Positions 1 through 6,860 of a stretch of DNA of 26,970 nucleotides are shown here, piece after piece. Location of the stretch: positions 1 to 26,970 of the forward strand of contig JAFXCN010000026.1 of the NCBI GenBank assembly GCA_017521465.1. The letters are read 5' to 3'. Position numbers and translations under genes: made by a program. Position 1 is the first letter of the stretch, and each line of letters begins with the position of its first letter. This DNA is from Clostridia bacterium. GTDB lineage: Bacteria > Bacillota > Clostridia > TANB77 > UBA1234. Under the pieces are notes generated by a model. That model searched no databases. It was not told the origin of the DNA and saw only the letters and a list, made by a program, of their open reading frames with translations.

Positions 1-145
1 CCTTTTCAGGATAAACAAAAATCGGCTTTACAAAATCATTAAATCCAACAGTAAAAATTGCTACAGCTACAAGAATAAGGCAACCAATAATAACCCAGTT
101 GAACGTGTATTCATCAAAGCAGAAGTTTTTGATCTTTTTCAACAT
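1..145 (-). CDS. N-terminal part of a small membrane protein (gene runs off the left edge); third member of a tandem paralog family
   Basis: Reverse-strand ATG at 143-145 preceded by AAGGGGA. Translation is MLKKIKNFCFDEYTFNWVIIGCLILVAVAIFTVGFNDFVKPIFVYPEK. It has the same N-terminal TM segment followed by a VYPE motif as the next two genes. Confidence 0.5.
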   Translation of the reverse strand, partial: MLKKIKNFCFDEYTFNWVIIGCLILVAVAIFTVGFNDFVKPIFVYPEK

Positions 146-167
146 GTTAGTTTTCCCCTTTCGATTT

Positions 168-665
168 TTAGATGTTGGTTTGATTTTCGCGCCTACGCTG
201 AATTTTCAAACATACATGTTCCAAAAGCTTGAATGCCAGCATGGCTAAAAGTAAGAAGAAAATACTGTAAAGCAAATAGTGACCAATCACTAGAGTTATT
301 CCCAAAATCAAAAAGATTCCTTTACTCATCAAGCGTTCAACTTCTACACTTTCCTTCTCCTCTCCATAGTCGCTGAAATTCATTTGCAAAGTTGCATTAG
401 TTGTATTGAGCTTTACTCGCAGAATATCACTTTTAGCTTCATATTCAATGGTATCTACATATTGTGAATCAAAACCGTCCTGAGCAAGCATTTTTTCAGC
501 TTCTTCTTCAAGAAGCTGGTATTCTTCTTCAGGATACACAATATAAGGTGCAATTGAATAATCAAACGAAGCAAGCATAAGAAGCAATACAGCTACAAAA
601 ACAACAATAGGAGTTACCACTTGAATCTTAGGATTCCGACAAGCTTTGATGATGTCATCCAACAT
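168..665 (-). CDS. Small bitopic membrane protein, unknown function (tandem paralog 2)
   Basis: The ORF track gives 168-746. I prefer the internal ATG at 665 (MLDDIIKACRN...), which follows GAGGGGAGA at about 7 nt. N- and C-terminal hydrophobic segments flank a central soluble part with motif VYPEEEYQLLEEEAEKML. It overlaps the upstream paralog by 11 nt. Confidence 0.6.
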   Translation of the reverse strand: MLDDIIKACRNPKIQVVTPIVVFVAVLLLMLASFDYSIAPYIVYPEEEYQLLEEEAEKMLAQDGFDSQYVDTIEYEAKSDILRVKLNTTNATLQMNFSDYGEEKESVEVERLMSKGIFLILGITLVIGHYLLYSIFFLLLAMLAFKLLEHVCLKIQRRRENQTNI

Positions 666-1179
666 TTTGTTTCTCCCCTCGTTTGGCCTTTTTAAGATTG
701 CTGATCCAATAGACAAACTTGCTGAGTACGAAAAATACAAATACAATAATCAAATACACTCCAAAAAGTACTACTGAAATTTTGACCGAATCAATAAAAG
801 AATAGTGCAGTTGCTTTGCCACAAACTCATTTTGCATATATGCCTCTCGGACAACTTTAACATTTTCTACTGAATCACCATAATTATACATAAATACAAA
901 TGCATTTTCGTGATTCAAAATTATTTTATACCGTTCTGGAGTTTGACTAACCTTCTTTACATTAGTGACATAACCAGTTTGAAGATTGCCAGTAAAGAGA
1001 ATATTTTTAGCCTCATTTTCAAGAAGTTGATAACTACTTTCCGGATATACCAACCCCTTTTCTTTGTACAGAATGGCACATTCTGTTGCGAAAACTGAGA
1101 CTAAAATAACAATAACAATCATGATAATATTTGCACACTTAAAACGTTCCTTAAAGAATTTGTAGACTCGTTCGCGCAT
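655..1179 (-). CDS. Small bitopic membrane protein, unknown function (tandem paralog 3)
   Basis: 174-aa ORF with RBS GAGGAGGAG upstream of the ATG at 1179. It has an N-terminal TM segment, motif VYPESSYQLLENEAKNIL and a C-terminal TM segment, the same architecture as 168-665. Confidence 0.65.
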   Translation of the reverse strand: MRERVYKFFKERFKCANIIMIVIVILVSVFATECAILYKEKGLVYPESSYQLLENEAKNILFTGNLQTGYVTNVKKVSQTPERYKIILNHENAFVFMYNYGDSVENVKVVREAYMQNEFVAKQLHYSFIDSVKISVVLFGVYLIIVFVFFVLSKFVYWISNLKKAKRGEKQNVG

Positions 1180-1244
1180 GTTTCTCCTCCTCTATCCTTC
1201 CAATTTAATTGTATTGGTCAATTTGCAAACATTCCGACGGTGAT

Positions 1245-1273
1245 ATTATATCATGGAGTGGCAAAGAATGCAA
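1245..1273 (-). promoter_or_regulatory. Sigma-A-type promoter for the membrane-protein paralog array
   Basis: Minus strand reads TTGCAT (1268-1273), a 17-nt spacer, then TGaTATAAT (-10 at 1245-1250). It lies about 65 nt upstream of the ATG at 1179. Confidence 0.5.
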
Positions 1274-1319
1274 GAATTATGCAAATATAATGCGGTTCGT
1301 TTGCCTTATTCTTCGTTTT

Positions 1320-1383
1320 TGCCCAGGTCGTCCGTCTCACATCTCCGCTGTGAAGCCGTGGCTTCGCCTTTTCGCCCTGGGCA
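1320..1383. other. G+C-rich nested inverted-repeat element of unknown function
   Basis: GCCCAGG (1321-1327) pairs with CCTGGGC (1376-1382). An inner hairpin GAAGC-CGTG-GCTTC sits at 1352-1365. Hand count gives 41/62 G+C in 1321-1382, inside an AT-rich intergenic region. Confidence 0.4.
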
Positions 1384-1409
1384 TAAAACTCCTTTCTCTT
1401 TTCTAGCAT

Positions 1410-1445
1410 AAAAAATAGACACTTTTACAAGTGTCTATTTTTTTA
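1410..1445 (-). terminator. Intrinsic terminator downstream of rubrerythrin (bidirectional architecture)
   Basis: Stem ATAGACACTT (1415-1424), loop TTAC, stem AAGTGTCTAT (1429-1438). An A-run precedes and a T-run follows, so it is followed by Ts on either strand. Confidence 0.75.
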
Positions 1446-1451
1446 TGATTT

Positions 1452-1991
1452 TTAGTAGTTTTCTGCTTTGATTTCGAAGTATGCTTTTGGATGTGCACAT
1501 ACTGGACAAACTTCTGGAGCTTCTTTTCCTATTACGATATGTCCGCAGTTTCTGCATTTCCAAATTTTTTCTCCATCTTTACTGAATACTAATCCGTTTT
1601 CAACATTTTCTAATAGTTTTAAATATCTTTCTTCATGTTCTTTTTCTATTTTTCCAACAGCTTCGAATAAGTAAGCGATTCTACCGAATCCTTCTTCTCT
1701 AGCTTCTGCAGCCATTCTGTCATACATATCTGTCCATTCATAGTTTTCACCTTCAGCTGCTGCTTTTAAATTTTCCATAGTTGTTGGTACATCATTGTCA
1801 TGTAATAATTTAAACCATAATTTTGCATGTTCTTTTTCGTTGTCAGCTGTTTCTTGGAATATAGCAGCTATTTGCTCATATCCTTCTTTTTTAGCTTTGC
1901 TTGCAAAATATGTGTATTTATTTCTAGCTTGTGATTCACCTGCAAATGCCTCCATTAAATTTTTTTCTGTTTTTGAACCTTTTAATTCCAT
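1452..1991 (-). CDS. rbr: Rubrerythrin
   Basis: 179 aa. N-terminal diiron four-helix-bundle signature ([24 protein letters not shown] motifs) and C-terminal rubredoxin-like CRNCGH...[17 protein letters not shown]. Confidence 0.95.
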   Translation of the reverse strand: MELKGSKTEKNLMEAFAGESQARNKYTYFASKAKKEGYEQIAAIFQETADNEKEHAKLWFKLLHDNDVPTTMENLKAAAEGENYEWTDMYDRMAAEAREEGFGRIAYLFEAVGKIEKEHEERYLKLLENVENGLVFSKDGEKIWKCRNCGHIVIGKEAPEVCPVCAHPKAYFEIKAENY

Positions 1992-2002
1992 AATCTTTCC
2001 TC

Positions 2003-2389
2003 CTAATTTTTATTTTTACATTCATTACATGTTCCTACTACTGTTATACAATTTAATATTGTATCAAACGGAACTTGTTTTTTCAATTGATTTTGAATAT
2101 CTTGTATATCTAAATTATATTCAAAATCAAAAACTTTACCACATTCATTACAAATAGCATGATGATGTTTTGATTTCATATAGTCAAATCTATATCCATT
2201 AGCTAAAGTAGAAATTTTTATAATCTTGCCATCTTCTGCAAGCTCATTTAAATTTCGATAAACAGTGCTTTTGCTAATCTTTTCATCAGCTTTATGCACT
2301 ATTTCATACACTTCTTCAGCTGTTGGATGCTCATATGATTTTCTAACAACATCAAGAATTTGCTCTCTTTGTCTAGAATAATTTCTCAT
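2003..2389 (-). CDS. perR: Fur-family metalloregulator, PerR-like peroxide repressor
   Basis: Fur-family features are present: STVYRNL winged helix, HHHAIC, and two CxxC pairs (CNECG, CNECK). It sits 11 nt upstream of rbr. I prefer the start at 2389 ([12 protein letters not shown]) with RBS AAAGGATGA over the ORF-track start at 2431. Confidence 0.85.
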   Translation of the reverse strand: MRNYSRQREQILDVVRKSYEHPTAEEVYEIVHKADEKISKSTVYRNLNELAEDGKIIKISTLANGYRFDYMKSKHHHAICNECGKVFDFEYNLDIQDIQNQLKKQVPFDTILNCITVVGTCNECKNKN

Positions 2390-2409
2390 AAAATCATCCT
2401 TTCGAAAAC

Positions 2410-2424
2410 TAGGAATTATTCCTA
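2410..2424. promoter_or_regulatory. Perfect 7-1-7 palindrome, candidate Fur/PerR-type operator
   Basis: TAGGAAT-T-ATTCCTA lies between the predicted -10 of the perR promoter and the perR start codon. The 7-1-7 geometry and AATnATT core match Fur/PerR boxes. Confidence 0.5.
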
Positions 2425-2435
2425 ATTTCATTTGT

Positions 2436-2463
2436 AGTATATCATATTATAGGATTTTGGCAA
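2436..2463 (-). promoter_or_regulatory. Sigma-A-type promoter for the perR-rbr operon
   Basis: Minus strand reads TTGCCA (2458-2463), a 16-nt spacer, then TGaTATACT (-10 at 2436-2441). Confidence 0.5.
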
Positions 2464-2480
2464 GAGATTTTTAAAAATTT

Positions 2481-2508
2481 TTTACATATTATTTTTTTAT
2501 GATATACT
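2481..2508 (+). promoter_or_regulatory. Sigma-A-type promoter for the lipoprotein gene
   Basis: TTTACA (2481-2486), a 16-nt spacer, then TGaTATACT (-10 at 2503-2508). It lies 29 nt upstream of the ATG at 2537. Confidence 0.45.
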
Positions 2509-2536
2509 ATACTCATCAAATTATAAGGAGGAACTT

Positions 2537-3538
2537 ATGAAAAAAACACTTTTAATATTATCACTGATTACAGTTTTATTTTTAGTTGGTTGCAAAACAA
2601 ACAATAATATTCCTACTTCATTGCCAACAAATCAAGAAAATCAACAAATTACCGAAATACCTAACGAAGAAATACTTTCACAAACTGCTAAAGAAACTTT
2701 GGTGAATTCTTTAAAAAATAACGAATGGTTGAAAGAAAATGTTTCAATGAAACAAACCTGTTTTGGAGAATCATTCACATCAAATCAAGAATTAACTTTC
2801 GAAAAATTAAGTGATGATTTAGTTATTGTTCAAGCATATGCTTATGAAACAGATAACAATTTTGGAGTTCAAGTATTTTTAGTTGGTTACAAAGATGGAG
2901 AAATAAAAGTTGTATCTTTACCAGAAGATATTCCAATGCATCCAGGACATGGAGGTTACGCGTTAGATAAAGAAAATCAAATTTTACTAAGCGTTTGGGC
3001 ACATCAAGGCGGCTTAAACCATACTGCTTACAAAATTAATAATCTAACTTTTGAAGAAATTGATAATATAAAATATACTTCAGAAGCTGAATATGATGGA
3101 GAAGCATTAAAAAATTTCGAAGCTAAATATACCAATGCAGTAGCAATCGAAAGAAAATTAATAAGTATTGAACTAGACAGAACATTTTCTATTAATAATG
3201 TTTCAATTCCAGACTACTTAGAGTTTGTTAATTCTGAATCATACCATGAATATACTATTAATAAATATGAAGGTTATAATGATGAAACAGAAATAATTAT
3301 ACAATCATCAGATGGTTCCATTGCTTATCAACAACATGGTTTAAACCAACAAATAAAAATCGAAAATGATAAATTATATATAGCTAGCTATGATGAACCG
3401 GCAGGATATGTCGAAGGTGCTATTGGCGATTTTAATTACTACAGAGTTGATTATGAATTATTTGAAAAAGAAGGAAAATTTGAAGCTAATAAATTAAAAG
3501 TTGATTACGAAGATGTGTTTTTCACTGCACAAACTTAA
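2537..3538 (+). CDS. Putative lipoprotein, unknown function
   Basis: 333 aa with signal peptide and lipobox MKKTLLILSLITVLFLVGC. RBS AAGGAGG. It is the only plus-strand gene and has its own promoter and a strong terminator. Confidence 0.85.
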   Translation: MKKTLLILSLITVLFLVGCKTNNNIPTSLPTNQENQQITEIPNEEILSQTAKETLVNSLKNNEWLKENVSMKQTCFGESFTSNQELTFEKLSDDLVIVQAYAYETDNNFGVQVFLVGYKDGEIKVVSLPEDIPMHPGHGGYALDKENQILLSVWAHQGGLNHTAYKINNLTFEEIDNIKYTSEAEYDGEALKNFEAKYTNAVAIERKLISIELDRTFSINNVSIPDYLEFVNSESYHEYTINKYEGYNDETEIIIQSSDGSIAYQQHGLNQQIKIENDKLYIASYDEPAGYVEGAIGDFNYYRVDYELFEKEGKFEANKLKVDYEDVFFTAQT

Positions 3539-3549
3539 AATGAAAATAA

Positions 3550-3584
3550 CCCCACCACAGATTTTGTGGTGGGGTGTTTGTTTA
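3550..3584 (+). terminator. Rho-independent terminator (usable from both directions)
   Basis: Stem CCCCACCACA (3550-3559), 5-nt loop, stem TGTGGTGGGG (3565-3574), then TGTTTGTTTAT. The minus-strand reading is also followed by a T-rich tract (TTATTTTCA). Confidence 0.9.
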
Positions 3585-3605
3585 TCGAATCATTTTTAGG
3601 TCAGA

Positions 3606-3640
3606 CATTTTCTGATTCACCAAAGGTGAATCAGAAAATG
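3606..3640. repeat. Perfect 16-bp inverted repeat with 3-nt loop, no adjacent T-run
   Basis: CATTTTCTGATTCACC-AAA-GGTGAATCAGAAAATG. It sits between the convergent lipoprotein and tex genes. Confidence 0.6.
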
Positions 3641-3666
3641 GGCCGACGAAAAATGCTTCTCTCAGG

Positions 3667-3708
3667 AATTTCAGAAATAACATGCTTTCGTATGCTATTT
3701 CTGAAATT
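3667..3708 (-). repeat. 13-bp inverted repeat overlapping the tex stop codon (possible weak terminator or 3' stabiliser)
   Basis: AATTTCAGAAATA (3667-3679), a 16-nt loop, then TATTTCTGAAATT (3696-3708). On the minus strand a TTTTT run occurs only about 13 nt after the stem. Confidence 0.4.
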
Positions 3709-5851
3709 ATACGTTCTTCATTGACAACGAAACTTTCTTCTTTTCTAAGTCGATTTTTATTACTCTTACTTTTACTATATCTCCTACTGACACTATGTCC
3801 ATTGGATTTTTTACGTATTTTTCGCTCATTTCTGATATATGTACTAGTCCATCATTTTTTACTCCGATGTCTACGAATGCTCCGAAATCAATTACATTTC
3901 TTACTGTTCCTGTTAGTATCATGTCTTCTTTTAAATCTTCTAGTTTTAATACGTCACTTCTTAATACTGGTTTTGGCATTTCATCTCTTGGGTCTCTTCC
4001 TGGTTTTTGTAATTCTTTTATTATATCTTTTATTGTTGGTAAACCAATTTCTAATTCAGCTGCTATTTTTTCTGCATTTACTGTATTTAAGTTTGCTCTG
4101 ATTTCTGGTAATTTTTCTTTCAAATCTTTTGTTTCAAATCCTATTTTATTTAATACTTTTTCAGCTACTTCATAACTTTCTGGATGTACTGATGTATTAT
4201 CTAGTGGATTCTTTCCATCAGTTATACGCAAGAATCCTGCGCATTGTGTATATGCTGCGGGTCCTAACTTTGATACTTTTAGCAATTCTTTTCTTTCTTT
4301 TATTTTCCCATTTTCTTCTCTATATTTTACAATGTTTGTTGCAACCGTTTTACTAACTCCTGATACATATCTCAAAAGTGATGGTGTTGCTGTATTCAAA
4401 TCTACACCTACACTGTTTACCGCATCTTCTACAACACCTGTTAAGCTTTCTTCTAATCTGTTTTGATTTACATCATGTTGATATTGTCCAACACCAATGC
4501 TCTTAGGATCTATTTTTACAAGCTCTGCAAGTGGATCTTGCAATCTTCTTGCAATTGATATCGCTCCTCTTAATGATACATTTATATCAGGATATTCTTC
4601 TGTTGCAAGTTTTGATGCAGAATATACTGATGCTCCCGCTTCGCTTACAATAGCATAATAGATATCATGTTCTACTTCTTTTATCATATCTGCTACAAAC
4701 ATTTCAGATTCTCTAGATGCAGTTCCATTACCAATTGCAATCATGCTAACATTATGTTTGTTTATTAAAGCAAGTAATGCTTTTTTCGCACCCGCTACAT
4801 CATTTTGTGGCTCTGTTGGATAAACTGTTGTTGTATCTAACAATTTTCCTGTATCATCTATTACAGCTATTTTACAACCAGTTCTATATGCTGGGTCAAA
4901 TCCCATAACTGTTAAATTTTTTAGTGGTGGTTGTAATAATAGTTTCTTTGCATTTTGACCAAATACTTTTATAGCTTGTTCATCTGCAATTTCTGTAAGT
5001 TCATTTCTTACTTCTGTTTCAACAGATGGTTTTATAAGTCTCTTATATGAATCTTCAATAGTTTCTACTAAAATATCACCATAAGAACCATTTTCTTTTA
5101 TTACTTCTTTTTTCAAATATTCTAAAATATTTTCATCCGTATTATCTATTTTTACTTTTAAGAATTCTTCTTTTTCTCCTCTATTTATCGCTAGAATTCT
5201 ATGGCTTGGAATCTTATTAACCGCTTCTGCATATTCATAATAAATATCATATACTGACTTTTCTTCTTTGGTTCCTTTAGATGTAATAAGTCCTACATCG
5301 TATATAATTTTTCTTATAGATTTTCTATATTCTGCAACATCAGAAATCATTTCAGCAATTATATCCATTGCACCTTTTATTGCATCTTCAACAGTTTCAA
5401 CACCTTTTTCTGCATCTATAAAGCCTTCTGCAATTTCGCTTGCAGCTCTCTTGTCCTCTTGTTCAAATATTATAAGTGCAAGTGGTTCTAAACCTTTTTC
5501 TTTTGCTATAGTTGCTCTTGTTCTCTTCTTTTGTTTATATGGTCTATATAAATCTTCAACTTCTGTCATTGTTTCAGATTTTTCTATTTCTACTTTTAAC
5601 TCTTCTGTTAATTTTCCTTGCTCATCTATTAATCTAATTACTTCTTCTTTTCTCTTTTCAAGATTTCTTAAATAAGTTAATCTTTCAAACATATCTCTTA
5701 ATTGTTCATCTGACATTTCGCCAGTAGCTTCTTTTCTATATCTGGCAATGAAAGGAATCGTATTTCCTTCGTCGATCAATTTTATTGCGTTCTCAACTTG
5801 AAATGGTTTTAACCCAAATTCTTTTACTAGTTTTTCATTAATTAATTCCAT
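3707..5851 (-). CDS. tex: Tex-family transcription accessory protein (YqgF/HhH/S1 domains)
   Basis: N-terminus LKPFQVENAIKLIDEGNTIPFIARYRKE is the typical Tex start. C-terminal S1 domain: GTVRNVIDFGAFVDIGVKNDGLVHISE. I prefer the start at 5851 (MELINEKL) with RBS AAAGGAGAA; the ORF-track extension to 5938 covers the promoter. Confidence 0.93.
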   Translation of the reverse strand: MELINEKLVKEFGLKPFQVENAIKLIDEGNTIPFIARYRKEATGEMSDEQLRDMFERLTYLRNLEKRKEEVIRLIDEQGKLTEELKVEIEKSETMTEVEDLYRPYKQKKRTRATIAKEKGLEPLALIIFEQEDKRAASEIAEGFIDAEKGVETVEDAIKGAMDIIAEMISDVAEYRKSIRKIIYDVGLITSKGTKEEKSVYDIYYEYAEAVNKIPSHRILAINRGEKEEFLKVKIDNTDENILEYLKKEVIKENGSYGDILVETIEDSYKRLIKPSVETEVRNELTEIADEQAIKVFGQNAKKLLLQPPLKNLTVMGFDPAYRTGCKIAVIDDTGKLLDTTTVYPTEPQNDVAGAKKALLALINKHNVSMIAIGNGTASRESEMFVADMIKEVEHDIYYAIVSEAGASVYSASKLATEEYPDINVSLRGAISIARRLQDPLAELVKIDPKSIGVGQYQHDVNQNRLEESLTGVVEDAVNSVGVDLNTATPSLLRYVSGVSKTVATNIVKYREENGKIKERKELLKVSKLGPAAYTQCAGFLRITDGKNPLDNTSVHPESYEVAEKVLNKIGFETKDLKEKLPEIRANLNTVNAEKIAAELEIGLPTIKDIIKELQKPGRDPRDEMPKPVLRSDVLKLEDLKEDMILTGTVRNVIDFGAFVDIGVKNDGLVHISEMSEKYVKNPMDIVSVGDIVKVRVIKIDLEKKKVSLSMKNV

Positions 5852-5893
5852 TTTTTTCTCCTTTTTAAAGTGCTTAAAAGCACTCATTTTTAT

Positions 5894-5922
5894 ATACATA
5901 TCAATTATATCCATATAAAAAT
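5894..5922 (-). promoter_or_regulatory. Sigma-A-type promoter for tex
   Basis: Minus strand reads TTGACA (5917-5922), a 17-nt spacer, then TATAAT (5894-5899). Confidence 0.55.
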
Positions 5923-5945
5923 AATGTGTCAAACCCATATTTAAC

Positions 5946-5975
5946 GCAAAAAGGGATGGATATAAAATCCATCCC
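5946..5975 (-). terminator. Rho-independent terminator of the 110-aa orphan gene
   Basis: Minus strand reads GGGATGGAT-TTTAT-ATCCATCCC followed by TTTTTGCG. It starts 9 nt after the stop at 5984. Confidence 0.8.
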
Positions 5976-5983
5976 TCATATTC

Positions 5984-6316
5984 TCACTTTGAATACTTCT
6001 TATCAAGCAGCCCCAGATGATAGAGCAGTACATCTTCTCCTTCAAGATCCGCTTCATTCACAATATATGCAGGGCTAACTTCAGTAAACGCTTTATTTGA
6101 GTTCAACTGAAACTTTCTCTGCTGACCATTATCAAGATTTACAACCAGCATGTTGCCATTAGGCCAAAATTTATACCGAGATGATGCTGGCTGATTAATA
6201 ATAATATCGCCTTCACTATTAGCAATAGAATATCCTCTCACACCATTAGGCAACTTATTCAAAATCACCCGAACTCCGTCATATGCGAACAAACCACTTT
6301 CATGAATGGCAATCAT
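5984..6316 (-). CDS. Hypothetical 110-aa soluble protein, no recognised domain
   Basis: ORF with RBS AAAGGAGG and its own promoter and terminator. It is GC-richer than its neighbours (27/60 G+C at 6001-6060). Confidence 0.7.
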   Translation of the reverse strand: MIAIHESGLFAYDGVRVILNKLPNGVRGYSIANSEGDIIINQPASSRYKFWPNGNMLVVNLDNGQQRKFQLNSNKAFTEVSPAYIVNEADLEGEDVLLYHLGLLDKKYSK

Positions 6317-6352
6317 CCTAAGAGTCCTCCTTTAAGATATTTTTTCAAGAGG

Positions 6353-6381
6353 AGTATATCACGCTTTTAAAATTATGTCAA
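6353..6381 (-). promoter_or_regulatory. Sigma-A-type promoter for the 110-aa orphan gene
   Basis: Minus strand reads TTGACA (6376-6381), a 17-nt spacer, then TGaTATACT (-10 at 6353-6358). Confidence 0.55.
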
Positions 6382-6391
6382 CATAATTGTT

Positions 6392-6850
6392 CTATAACAC
6401 TTTACCGTCAACACATTCAAGCACTATTGTTACCGGTCCATCATTTATCAAGTTAATTTTCATATCTGCACCGAAAACACCTGTTTTTACCGGAATAGTG
6501 CTATTATTTCTGCAGTACTCAACAAATTTTTCATATAAAGGTTCTGCCACTTCTGGCTTTCCAGCGTTTATAAAACTTGGTCTATTTCCATGATGGCAAT
6601 CAGCATATAGAGTGAATTGTGATACAACTTGAAGCTCACCATCAATATCGTTTAATGCTAAATTCATTTTTCCATTTTCATCTTCAAACACTCTAAGTTT
6701 TAATATTTTATCAGCTAATGCTTTTATTTCAACTTCTGTATCAGTGTCTGTTATTCCCAACAAGACCATAAAACCTTTACCAATAGATGAGTGTAGCTCA
6801 CCATCTATTGATAATTCAGATTTTTTTACTCTTTGTACAACCGCTCTCAT
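6392..6850 (-). CDS. dtd: D-aminoacyl-tRNA deacylase
   Basis: 152 aa. MRAVVQRV N-terminus, SQFTLYAD and NDGPVT motifs are typical of Dtd. RBS AAGGAGAAG. Confidence 0.93.
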   Translation of the reverse strand: MRAVVQRVKKSELSIDGELHSSIGKGFMVLLGITDTDTEVEIKALADKILKLRVFEDENGKMNLALNDIDGELQVVSQFTLYADCHHGNRPSFINAGKPEVAEPLYEKFVEYCRNNSTIPVKTGVFGADMKINLINDGPVTIVLECVDGKVL

Positions 6851-6860
6851 TTTCTTCTCC

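Noticed and set aside
1352-1365. Possible guanidine-II (mini-ykkC) type hairpin, because the minus strand reads GAAGCC-ACGG-CTTC upstream of small membrane proteins.
   Set aside because: With full pairing the loop is CACG, not a closed ACGR tetraloop, and I found no convincing second ACGR hairpin. The element lies upstream of the -35, so it would not be in the leader. The downstream proteins do not look like SMR/SugE exporters.
1337-1384. 15-codon minus-strand mini-ORF MPRAKRRSHGFTAEM with RBS AAAGGAG. The KRRSHGFTAEM stretch resembles the KR-x-x-x-HGFR-x-RM core of ribosomal protein L34.
   Set aside because: The similarity covers only about 10 residues of a basic peptide, and the ORF is far shorter than L34. 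It lies upstream of the only promoter I can map. I treat it as a possible coincidence and mention it under the GC-rich element rather than calling a gene.
1209-1406. 65-aa plus-strand ORF spanning the intergenic region, and a 52-codon minus-strand ORF starting at 1409.
   Set aside because: Neither has a Shine-Dalgarno sequence. They cross a promoter and the G+C-rich hairpin element. The minus-strand ORF starts within the terminator T-run.
3682-5675. Plus-strand ORFs 3682-4101, 3795-4175, 4129-4356 and 5268-5675, some extremely Leu/Phe/Ser-rich.
   Set aside because: They lie entirely antisense to the well-supported tex gene and have no RBS. Their low-complexity composition is the mirror image of Lys/Glu-rich coding sequence. 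The same reasoning applies to the other antisense ORFs in the track, for example 1795-2157, 8168-8422, 15768-16148, 21705-22040, 22355-22750, 23369-23734 and 25652-26002.
5852-5938. N-terminal extensions in the ORF track for tex, and similarly for perR 2390-2431, cysS 10316-10342, pssA 16046-16066, the paralog at 666-746, the small TM protein 25220-25327 and queH 25779-25808.
   Set aside because: In each case an internal ATG has a well-spaced Shine-Dalgarno sequence and begins the conserved N-terminus of the family. The extensions cover promoters, operators or the upstream gene.
5984-6316. Faint resemblance of VRGYSIANSEGDIIINQPASSRYKF to the region preceding the HExxH motif of ImmA/IrrE-type peptidases.
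   Set aside because: No HExxH or other catalytic motif follows, and the similarity is short and subjective. The gene is left as hypothetical.
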